DNA from: Promethearchaeota archaeon
GTDB taxonomy: Archaea > Asgardarchaeota > Lokiarchaeia > Sigyniarchaeales > SOKP01
Assembly (NCBI GenBank): GCA_048937405.1
Contig: JBHLNF010000006.1
Coordinates: forward strand, 128,001-192,000
Reading direction: 5' to 3'
DNA: 64,000 nucleotides
Position 1 is the stretch's first letter. Every line of letters starts with the position of its first letter. Positions 1-8,969 of this stretch are shown here, in pieces. A program made the position numbers and the translations under genes. The notes beneath the pieces are model-generated. The model made no database searches, was not told the origin of the DNA, and saw only the letters and a program-made list of their open reading frames with translations.

Positions 1-362
1 ACGATTCTTGCCGATTAGGGCGTCTAGGAGGAAAATTGTATGATACCCCAAGGGAATTAATAAAGAAAATTCCAGGAGTAAAATTAATTGAAATGGAAAA
101 TAATAAAGATGATGCTAATTGTTGTGGCGTTTCAGCATTTACAAATTGTAGTGAATACACACGTTATATAAGACAAAATCGTATTAATGAAGCGATTGAA
201 ACTGGAGGGGAATATTTAATTGTTCCCTGTCCTAAATGTCTGACACATTTTAATTGTTATTTAAATGAATTGTCTCTCAATAAAGAGCATAATAAACGTT
301 CTAGTAATATAAAAGTAATTGATTTAGCCAGTTTTATAGGCAAATTGCTAATGATTGTATAG
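1..362 (+). CDS. HdrD/GlpC-like CCG-domain Fe-S oxidoreductase, 3' part (5' end outside window)
   Basis: Frame is open from the window edge (DSCRLGR...NCCG...PCPKC); paralogue of the C-terminus of 57478..58758. Confidence 0.8.
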   Translation, partial: DSCRLGRLGGKLYDTPRELIKKIPGVKLIEMENNKDDANCCGVSAFTNCSEYTRYIRQNRINEAIETGGEYLIVPCPKCLTHFNCYLNELSLNKEHNKRSSNIKVIDLASFIGKLLMIV

Positions 363-402
363 GTTAAAATAAAATTAATAAAATTTTTAAAAGCTGTTTT
401 AT

Positions 403-3400
403 ATGTCAAATTTCCAGAGTGATGTTTTGGTTATAGGAGGAGGAATCTCTGGTATACAAGCATCCCTAGATTTAACAAAATTAGGATTTAAGGTATATTT
501 AGTTGAAATTAAACCAACTATTGGCGGAACGATGGCACAATTAGATAAAATATACCCTACGCTTGATTGTAGTTTATGTATCCTAGCACCAAAAATGGTT
601 GATGTGTATAGAGATCCAAATATCAAATTGTTAACTTATTCATATGTTAAAAAAATCGATGGAACTGCTGGAGATTATACAATTACAGTTATTAAAAAAC
701 CAAGATATATAAATGAAAATATCTGTAAGGGATGTGGTGATTGTGAAAATGTTTGTCCAGTTAGAGGAATCCCTAGTGATTTTGATACTAATTTAAAAAC
801 CCGAGCAGCTGCTTATATTCCTTTTCCATCATCAGTACCTCCAGTATATCTTATTGATGAATCAAGATGTTTATATCTAAATCATCAAATATGTGGACTT
901 TGTGCCAAAGTTTGTAGCGCAGATGCTATAGATTTTTTTCAAAAACCAGAAGAAATAACTCTAAAGGTAGGAGCCATTGTTATTGCAACAGGAACAAGTC
1001 AACAAATGCCAGAAGTTTACAAAAATTTTGCTGGGGAATCTCCCAATGTTTTGTCTAACATGCAATTTGAACGCCTATTATCCGCAAATGGACCTACTGG
1101 AGGGCAAATATTAAGATTAGATGATAAAAAACACCCTGATTCAATCGCATTTATTCAATGTGTAGGATCTCGAGATTTTCATCATCCTGAATGTAAAAAA
1201 TATTGTTCAGCGATATGTTGTATGAATTCGGCTAAAGAAGCAATTGTATGCAAGGAACATAATTCAAATATAGAATGTTATATTTTCAATACAGAAATAA
1301 GAGCAAAAGGTAAAAATTTTAATGAATTTATTGAAAAGAGTAAAGATGAATATGATATTAAATATGTAAATGGTCATGTTTCATATATTAAAGAAAATTT
1401 AGATAATGGAAAATTAAGATTATATTATGAAGATATTAATAAAGGTACAGTTGGTACTTTTGAAGTTGATATGGCTGTATTAGCTAGTGCCTTGTCTCCA
1501 GCTCCCTCTTATTATGAATTTTTAAAACAACACAATTTAGATAAGAATCATTTAGGATATATTCGTGAAGAAGATATAAAGTTACTTGAGAAAAAGAATG
1601 TATTTGTAACTGGTAATTCACGTAAACCTAATGATATTCAAATGGCTGTTGCAGATGGTTCTGCATGCGCCGCTAAAATAAGTGAAAGATTTTATCCTCT
1701 AAGATTTAAAAATATACAGAAAGTTAAGTATCCTCCTGAAATACCAGTAAGTTTAGAAGATGAGCCTCGCGTAGGTATATTAGTTTGCCAATGTGGGATA
1801 AATATCGGAGGTATTGTTGATGTTCCTAAAGTAGTAGAGTATGTCTCAAAATTACCATATGTAGTCCATGTTGAAGAAAATATGTATTCATGTAGTTCTG
1901 ATTCCCAAGAACTATTTAAAAAATTAATTTTGAAACATAAACTCAATAGATTCATTGTTGCGTCTTGTACTCCTCGAACACATGAACAACTTTTTAAGAA
2001 TACTCTCAGAGAGGTTGGATTGAACCCGTATTTATTTGAATTAGTTAATATAAGAAATCAAGCTTCTTGGGTACATATGAAGGAACCTGAAAAGGCTACT
2101 AAAAAGGCTTGTGATTTAATTAGAATGTATTTAGCCAAAGTAATTAATTTAAAACCATTAGAAATGATTAAAGTTAAAGTTGAAAAATCAACAATGATAA
2201 TCGGTGCTGGAATATCAGGTATAACTGCTGCTCATAATTTAGCAAATCAAGGATTCAAAGTTTATCTTATCGACAATAAATCTACTCTTGGTGGTAGCGC
2301 ACTAGAGTTTGTTGATCTATATTATATAGCTATTACTAAAAATGAAATTTTGCAGCATATTGATGATTTAAAAAATAATTCAAATGTTAAAATTTTATTT
2401 AACACAGATATTATTGATGTTCAAGGTTATGTGGGAAATTATAAGGTAAAAGTTAAAAATACAAAAGATAATTCTGAAGAACAAATAATAAAGGTTGGCA
2501 CTATAATAGTTGCTACAGGAACTAAGCAGATTAAAACAATTAAATGGAAAAGTTTAGCAGAAAAATATCCTAATCGCGTACTTACTCAAACAGAACTAAC
2601 TGGAATGAAAGATGAGGAAGTTCCTAAGTTTAAAGATGTTACTATAATATTATGCGTAGATCAAAGAAAAGATAAATTAAATAACGCAAGTTATATAAAA
2701 ACATATTGCTCAAATATATGTTGTGGAGTAGCCTTAAAAAATATAGAAAAGTTATTGAAAATTAATCCTGATGCGCAAATTCATATTTTATATAGAGAAC
2801 TTCAATTTTCAGATTTAAATGCCGAAAATTTATGTCGAGGGCTTCGAAATAAAGCTACTTATGAAAGATATCAATCGATTGATGATATCAAAATTATTAG
2901 TATAAATAATCACTTTCATATTAAGTATAAGAATATAAGTGCTCAAACGGATATTGAGTACGATACCGATTTATTAATATTAGCAACTCCTAACGTTCCT
3001 ACTAAAGATACTGAAAGATTATCAAAAATGTTAAAAGTAACAACAAATAAAGATGGATTTTTCTTAGAAGCTGATGCGAAACTCAGGCCAATAGATTTTG
3101 CTACAGAAGGAATCTTTCTTTGTGGTGGTGCTCATTGGCCCAAATGGATTCAAGAGAGTATCATCCAAGCATATGGCGCAGCAGGGAGAGCCGCAATAAT
3201 AATGGTGAAAGGAGAAATAGAAACAGAATGCATTACATCTCATATAAATGAAGAAAAATGTATTGGATGTGGTAAATGTATTGAGGTTTGTCCATACAAT
3301 GCAATAGAATTAATTGAGAGTAATAAACAAATGGGTCTATATAGCATGAAGTTAAGAAAAGCGCATATAATTAAAGCACTTTGTAAAGGATGTGGATCAT

Positions 3401-3546
3401 GTGTTACAGAATGTTCCGTTGGAGCCATTGATCAGAATCATTTTAGTAAATTCCAAATTAGTAAAATGATTGATTTAATGTCCGATATAGATATAATAGA
3501 GTATGAATCTATTACATTTAGGAGGAACTATGTTGTTGGAAACTAA
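403..3546 (+). CDS. hdrA: Large tandem-module heterodisulfide reductase subunit A-like flavoprotein (Cys form)
   Basis: Two GxGxxG FAD motifs, DCSLCILAP, ferredoxin inserts, QCVGSR..YCSAICC, internal VCQCG/ASCTPR module, EADAKLRP, C-terminal 2x[4Fe-4S]. Confidence 0.93.
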   Translation: MSNFQSDVLVIGGGISGIQASLDLTKLGFKVYLVEIKPTIGGTMAQLDKIYPTLDCSLCILAPKMVDVYRDPNIKLLTYSYVKKIDGTAGDYTITVIKKPRYINENICKGCGDCENVCPVRGIPSDFDTNLKTRAAAYIPFPSSVPPVYLIDESRCLYLNHQICGLCAKVCSADAIDFFQKPEEITLKVGAIVIATGTSQQMPEVYKNFAGESPNVLSNMQFERLLSANGPTGGQILRLDDKKHPDSIAFIQCVGSRDFHHPECKKYCSAICCMNSAKEAIVCKEHNSNIECYIFNTEIRAKGKNFNEFIEKSKDEYDIKYVNGHVSYIKENLDNGKLRLYYEDINKGTVGTFEVDMAVLASALSPAPSYYEFLKQHNLDKNHLGYIREEDIKLLEKKNVFVTGNSRKPNDIQMAVADGSACAAKISERFYPLRFKNIQKVKYPPEIPVSLEDEPRVGILVCQCGINIGGIVDVPKVVEYVSKLPYVVHVEENMYSCSSDSQELFKKLILKHKLNRFIVASCTPRTHEQLFKNTLREVGLNPYLFELVNIRNQASWVHMKEPEKATKKACDLIRMYLAKVINLKPLEMIKVKVEKSTMIIGAGISGITAAHNLANQGFKVYLIDNKSTLGGSALEFVDLYYIAITKNEILQHIDDLKNNSNVKILFNTDIIDVQGYVGNYKVKVKNTKDNSEEQIIKVGTIIVATGTKQIKTIKWKSLAEKYPNRVLTQTELTGMKDEEVPKFKDVTIILCVDQRKDKLNNASYIKTYCSNICCGVALKNIEKLLKINPDAQIHILYRELQFSDLNAENLCRGLRNKATYERYQSIDDIKIISINNHFHIKYKNISAQTDIEYDTDLLILATPNVPTKDTERLSKMLKVTTNKDGFFLEADAKLRPIDFATEGIFLCGGAHWPKWIQESIIQAYGAAGRAAIIMVKGEIETECITSHINEEKCIGCGKCIEVCPYNAIELIESNKQMGLYSMKLRKAHIIKALCKGCGSCVTECSVGAIDQNHFSKFQISKMIDLMSDIDIIEYESITFRRNYVVGN

Positions 3547-4009
3547 AAAAGCAAGTCAATTTGAATATGAACCTAATATTCTAGTATTTTGTTGTAATTG
3601 GTGTAGTTATGCGGGAGCTGACTTAGCGGGGGTTTCGAGATTCCAATATCCACCAAATATTAGGATTATTAGAGTTATGTGTTCTAGTAGAGTTGAGCCC
3701 ACGTTTGTTTTAAGAGCATTTAATAATGGAATAGACGGAGTGTTAGTTATTGGTTGTCATATGGGTGACTGTCATTATATAAAAGGATTCAAATATACAC
3801 AAAACAGAATGGACCATTTAAAAAAGATAATTAAATATATTGGAATTGAAGAAGAACGATTTGAACTACATTCTATTTCTGCAAGTGAAGGAAAACAATT
3901 TTCTGAGCTAATTACAGATTTTACAAATAAAATTATTGATTTAGGAGAATTGAAAATTCCAAAAAAATCTGGAATAATTGAATTAGATTATAATATCAAA
4001 AAAAATTAA
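3530..4009 (+). CDS. mvhD: MvhD-like [2Fe-2S] subunit (Cys form)
   Basis: FCCNWCSY, RVMCSSRV, GCHMGDCHY; start placed at ATG 3530 after an AGGAGG SD. Confidence 0.93.
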   Translation: MLLETKKASQFEYEPNILVFCCNWCSYAGADLAGVSRFQYPPNIRIIRVMCSSRVEPTFVLRAFNNGIDGVLVIGCHMGDCHYIKGFKYTQNRMDHLKKIIKYIGIEEERFELHSISASEGKQFSELITDFTNKIIDLGELKIPKKSGIIELDYNIKKN

Positions 4010-4023
4010 AAAGAGGAAAAAAA

Positions 4024-5148
4024 ATGACTGAATCAGAATTTCAAAAAGTAATAAGAAGTAATATACCCACTTTTGAGGATCTTGAAAATGAAATAATTCA
4101 AACTAAAAAATGTTGTGCATGTGGAGCATGTATAGCATATTGTGAAAGTCAAGGTTTTGATGTTATCGAAATGATTGATAATACGCCTAGGTTTAAATCT
4201 ATAAAGAGTATTGATAATTGCAATAAATGTGGTATTTGCTATTATATATGTCCTCAAACTAAAACATTAATAAAGGAACTAAATAATACTTATTATATTC
4301 ACGATAATACAGGACTTATTAGAAAAATCCTAGCTGCTAAAAGTACAAACTCAGCATTAAAAGAAGTTAAACAAAATGGAGGGATAGTTACAGCAATTCT
4401 TTCTTATCTTTTTAAAAAACATAAAATTGATGCAGCTATTGTTTCGGAATTTAATGATAATCTTGAACCTGTTCCAAAAATTATATTTGATAAAGAAGAC
4501 TTATTTAAATCAGCAGGTACACGATATTCTATTTCTCCTCAAATATTTCCATTAAAAAATATTAATAAATTACCCCAGGAGATTCTTAAAAAAAAGGAGA
4601 TATTTAATATTGACCAGCTTAGATTAGCATTTATAGGGACACCCTGCCAATGTAGAGCTATAAGTAAAATGAAATTCTTATATGTTAAACCAGCTCACGT
4701 AATTAAATATATTATAGGCCTGTTTTGTTTTGAAAATTTTAATTATTCTCAGTTGTATGATATTATAAAACGAGAAACTAATGTTGATCCAACCAATATC
4801 AAAAAAACTTGGATAAAAAAGAATTTTTTTCTCCAAACCAAAGACAATCAACAATATGAAATTAACATAAAAACTCTAAATCCTGCTGTTAGAAGTAATT
4901 GCTTTAAGTGTGATGAATTCACAGGGAGATTTACAGATATCAGCGTTGGGGCATCTGGTGCTCCAGAAGGATATTCTATGATATTAATTCGGAGTGAACG
5001 TGGTGAAAAAGTAATAAATAGCATGCTTTCAAAAGATATAATCAAACAATTTATTATTCCATATGACAAGACTCTTCAGTGGAAGAACAAAAAATTAGAG
5101 TGGTTTAATAAATTAATTTTCTTAAAAATTAAAAATTCTAAAATTTAA
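4024..5148 (+). CDS. FrhB/FdhB/FpoF-family F420-binding subunit with N-terminal ferredoxin
   Basis: CCACGAC and CNKCGIC..CP, GGIVT, GTPCQ, GLFC, DISVG. Confidence 0.88.
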   Translation: MTESEFQKVIRSNIPTFEDLENEIIQTKKCCACGACIAYCESQGFDVIEMIDNTPRFKSIKSIDNCNKCGICYYICPQTKTLIKELNNTYYIHDNTGLIRKILAAKSTNSALKEVKQNGGIVTAILSYLFKKHKIDAAIVSEFNDNLEPVPKIIFDKEDLFKSAGTRYSISPQIFPLKNINKLPQEILKKKEIFNIDQLRLAFIGTPCQCRAISKMKFLYVKPAHVIKYIIGLFCFENFNYSQLYDIIKRETNVDPTNIKKTWIKKNFFLQTKDNQQYEINIKTLNPAVRSNCFKCDEFTGRFTDISVGASGAPEGYSMILIRSERGEKVINSMLSKDIIKQFIIPYDKTLQWKNKKLEWFNKLIFLKIKNSKI

Positions 5149-5212
5149 TCAAGATATATTTATCAAATTAATATATTTTGGATTAATGAAAAAATTTATT
5201 ACATATTTTTTT

Positions 5213-5283
5213 TCTGAAAACCCATGCGAGGGGTTAGTCTCCTCTCAACTATCATTTTTCTGAGAAGTTCATTCTATTTCAGA
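5213..5283 (-). promoter_or_regulatory. SECIS-like element in the 3' UTR of Sec-containing hdrA
   Basis: Minus strand: UAG-A-AUGAA-CUUCUCA-GAAAAAUGAUAGU-UGAGAGG-AGA-CUA, i.e. AUGA/GA core, 7-8 bp helix, A-rich loop, just after the stop; outer helix UCUGAAA/UUUCAGA. Confidence 0.72.
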
Positions 5284-7320
5284 TTATATCTGGTAAGGAG
5301 CTAATGATTCAATCTTTTTCCAAATAAGCTCAATAGAATCAATATATTCTTCTTTATACTCGAGCTCAGTATTACAAATTCCTTTTATTTCTTCGATAAT
5401 TTGTCTATCTCGATAATATTTAAGATCAATTGCTCGAGCTGGACATGATGATATACAAACTCCACACCCTTTGCATTTTAATTCATCTACTTCCGCAATA
5501 TTCTTTCCATTGACTTTTATAGCCTTATAATTACATAACTTTTCACATCTACCGCATCCAACACAGAGATCCTCGTCAATTTCAGCAATTATTAATTCTT
5601 GAGTTATTGTATCTTTAGAGAGTAAAGTTGATGCTTTGCTTGCAGCAGCTAAAGCAGTTGATACTGAATAAGGGATGTTTTTAGGTCCAACAGCACAACC
5701 ACATATATAGATTCCTAGGTTTTTAGTTTCTTGGGGTTTTAAACAACCATGAAATTCAGTTAAAAATCCATTTATATCTTTAGCCACATTTAAAGTTTCA
5801 ATTAATTTGGCTGATGATTTAGAAGGAACCATTCCTGTAGATAATACTATTAAATCAGCTTCCATATTAATGAAATCATTTGTTAAAGTGGAAGAAGCAG
5901 TAACTTTTATTTTCTTAGTGTTTTGATCCTCTCTAATATCTCCTACTTTTCCTCGAATCATTATTATACCCGCTTCTCTCGCTCTTCTATAATATTCTTC
6001 ATTCCCTTTATCCCATGTTCGTATATCTATATAAAAAATAACTATTTCTATATCGGGATATTCACTTTTTAATAATTGAGCATTTTTAAGAGCAACATTA
6101 CAACATACTCCTGAACAGTAGTTATTTCCCTTTAAAGATCTTGAACCTACACATTGAATCATAACAACAGTTTTAGGGATTTTTCCATCAGAAATTCTAT
6201 AAACATGACCTCCTGTTGGTCCAACAGGACTTAATATGCGTTCTAATTCTATTTGAGTAATAACATCAGGATAAATACCATATTGATATTCATTAGTTTC
6301 TATAATTGGATATTCATCCCATCCTGTAGCAATAATTACCGCACCGACCTTTACATCTATATATTCTGTCTCTTGTTCTAAACTAATGGCTCCAGCAGGG
6401 CAAATTCTCTGACAATTTTTACATTCTATGCATGCTTGTTTATCAATTAAGGCAATTTTAGGGACAGCTTGAGGAAAAGGAATGTAAATTGCACCTCGCT
6501 CACCAATACCCCTATCAAACTCACTAGGTACTTTTACTGGGCATTTAGTTGTACATAAACCACATCCAGTACATTTGCTTTCATCAACATATCGAGGATT
6601 TTTCTTTATTTTAACATTATAATCCCCAGGGATGCCATTAAATTCAACAATATCACTATACGTATATAAGTTGATGTTAGGATGTTTTGATGTATTAACC
6701 ATAATAGGGGCTAAAACTCATATAGCACAATCGTCTGTAGGATAAATTCGATCCAATTGTGCCATTTTTCCGCCAATTGTGGCTTCTTTTTCAACTAAAT
6801 GCACATTAATTCCCTGATTTGCTACATCCAACGCAGCATTCATTCCTGCAATACCCGCACCTATTACTAATACTGCCTTTTCTACTGGAATTCTTTTATA
6901 AGGTATAATCTCTAATTCTCTGGCACGATTTATCCCTGCTTGTATTAGTCTAATAGCTTTTTCAGTAGTATTTCGTTTATTTCCTGATTGAGTAAATGAA
7001 CATTGTTCACGGAGATTAACCATTTGCAAGAAATATGGGTTTAATCCTGCTTCAATTAATACATTTCGGTATGTGGATTCATGAATTTTTGGTGAACAAG
7101 CTGCAACAACAACACGATTCAAGTCTAAATCTAAAATGTCATTTTTAATAATATTTTGTCCTGGATCGCTACAAGTAAAATCATTTACTTTAGCAACAAT
7201 TACATTTGGAATTGCTTCAACATAGTCTCTAATAAGATCACAATCAATGCTATTGCTTATATTAACTCCTCATCTACAAATATATACTCCGATTCTTACT
7301 ATGGTCTGTAATTCAGACAT
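5284..7320 (-). CDS. hdrA: Selenocysteine-containing HdrA, 678 aa, U17 and U201 (joins the 6718..7122 and 5284..6702 ORFs)
   Basis: Single frame from ATG 7320; TGA at 7270-7272 (YICR-U-GVNI, cf. VCHCGINI) and 6718-6720 (DDCAI-U-VLAP, cf. DCSLCILAP) both align to conserved Cys of the paralogues in this window; downstream SECIS-like hairpin. Confidence 0.9.
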
Positions 7321-7500
7321 ATTATCAACCTTTTAAAATGTCACCAAATTCATTTCTTTATTAAAAATCAAAATTCTAATTTATTGAGAAAATTTACTTA
7401 AAAGTAATTATAATTTTTTCAAAGACTATTTTCCTATTATTTAGTCAGGTAAGAACAATTTAAGAGATTTGAAAAGAAAAATTTAAATTATTTTGACAAA

Positions 7501-7520
7501 TTTGATAGTCATTTATCAAA
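7501..7520. promoter_or_regulatory. Inverted repeat TTTGATA-N6-TATCAAA, candidate operator in the divergent hdrA/frhB promoter
   Basis: Perfect 7-bp arms; single instance in AT-rich DNA. Confidence 0.3.
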
Positions 7521-7752
7521 CAATTTTTTGGTTTTGATCTCTACTTGATCTGATTCCCAAACTATATTTATTATTTATATAATAAGATATAAGGTATTGG
7601 ATCATCTTATTTTATCAATATCGACAATTAGATAGATAAAATAGATCATATTTAAATATCTTGACAACAATATTAATCATGGTAAATAAAAGAATTATTA
7701 AAATTATCTTTAAGATTTTTAAAATTACAAAAAAAATTGGTGATATTAAAAA

Positions 7753-8871
7753 ATGAGTATAAAGAGTTTTAATGATTTAATTGAAGAGGTCCATAAACCT
7801 GGGATTTGCCAAGAATGTGGAGGATGTGTTAGTTTTTGTAATGCATTAGAATATGATGTGATTGGGTTTGTTAAATCTAATTCCCCTCCAGAATATATAA
7901 ACAAGGATAAGTGCCTCGGGTGTGGAATATGTTATATTATTTGTCCACAAACTCACGTTTTAGATGACGATCTCAATAACGAATATAAATTTTCAGATTA
8001 TATTAAAATGCCATTAGGATATGTCAATTCGCTTTACTCATGCCAAGCTACAGATAGTGAATTTTTGAAACATGGAACAGATGGCGGAGTTGTAAATTCA
8101 ATTATTAATTATTTAATTGAAAAAAAAATAATTGATGGAGCAATTGTGGCAAAAACAAAATTGCCTTTCTCAAGAGAAGCTACTATAGTTGAAAATAAAG
8201 AAGAATTAATTGAGGCTTCAGGTATAAAATTAGACATATCTCCACAATTAGATAGTGTTCAGAAATTTCATACATATACAAATTCTTTACCTAAATTAAA
8301 AACTCAAAAAGTTAGGAAATTAGCATTAGTAGGGACGCCATGTCAGATTTACACTATTAGATGTATGCAAAGTTTAGGTATTATTCCCTCTGAAAATATA
8401 GAAATTTGTTTAGGATTGTTTTGCTACGAGAATTTTTTCTTTGATAAGAGAAAGGTTGAGAAATTTGAGAAAGATTTTAATATAAAATTCAAAGATATTG
8501 AAAAAATAAACATTAAAGAAGATTTAATTGTTAATTTAAAGAATAATAAAATTATTCATATACCATTTAACAAACTAAAGGATTATATGCGTAAAGCTTG
8601 CTCTGTATGTAAAGATTTCACTAATATTTATGCCGATATTTCTTTTGGAGGATTAGGATCCCCCAAGAAATTTACAACTGTAATCACTCGTACTAAAAAG
8701 GGAGAAAATATTTTTAATAAAGTTTTAAATTCAGGGATTATCAAAAGTTTAAAATTAGATATAAATTCCAAAAATGAAATAAAGGAAAAAATTACCCAAT
8801 TTTCTCTCTCAAAATTAAAACGAACAGAACAAAGTTTGAATCATAAATTATCAACGCAAGACCATAATTAA
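7753..8871 (+). CDS. FrhB/FdhB/FpoF-family F420-binding subunit with N-terminal ferredoxin
   Basis: CQECGGC, CLGCGIC..CP, DGGVV, GTPCQ, GLFC, DISFG; paralogue of 4024..5148. Confidence 0.88.
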   Translation: MSIKSFNDLIEEVHKPGICQECGGCVSFCNALEYDVIGFVKSNSPPEYINKDKCLGCGICYIICPQTHVLDDDLNNEYKFSDYIKMPLGYVNSLYSCQATDSEFLKHGTDGGVVNSIINYLIEKKIIDGAIVAKTKLPFSREATIVENKEELIEASGIKLDISPQLDSVQKFHTYTNSLPKLKTQKVRKLALVGTPCQIYTIRCMQSLGIIPSENIEICLGLFCYENFFFDKRKVEKFEKDFNIKFKDIEKINIKEDLIVNLKNNKIIHIPFNKLKDYMRKACSVCKDFTNIYADISFGGLGSPKKFTTVITRTKKGENIFNKVLNSGIIKSLKLDINSKNEIKEKITQFSLSKLKRTEQSLNHKLSTQDHN

Positions 8872-8969
8872 GGAATTCTAATAATAAAGAAGAAAAATTT
8901 TTTTATAATCTAAAAAGTAAAAATAAAAATATTTATCTTATAAAAGGAAAAAGAAGATGATTAAAAAAG

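Noticed and set aside
3530-4009. Sec in MvhD or in the hydrogenase (VhuD/VhuU-like)
   Set aside because: Both mvhD genes and mvhA have Cys codons at all ligand positions
5284-7122. Two separate hdrA fragments or a pseudogene, as in the ORF track
   Set aside because: Same frame, both breaks are TGA at conserved Cys, and a SECIS-like element follows; Sec recoding fits better
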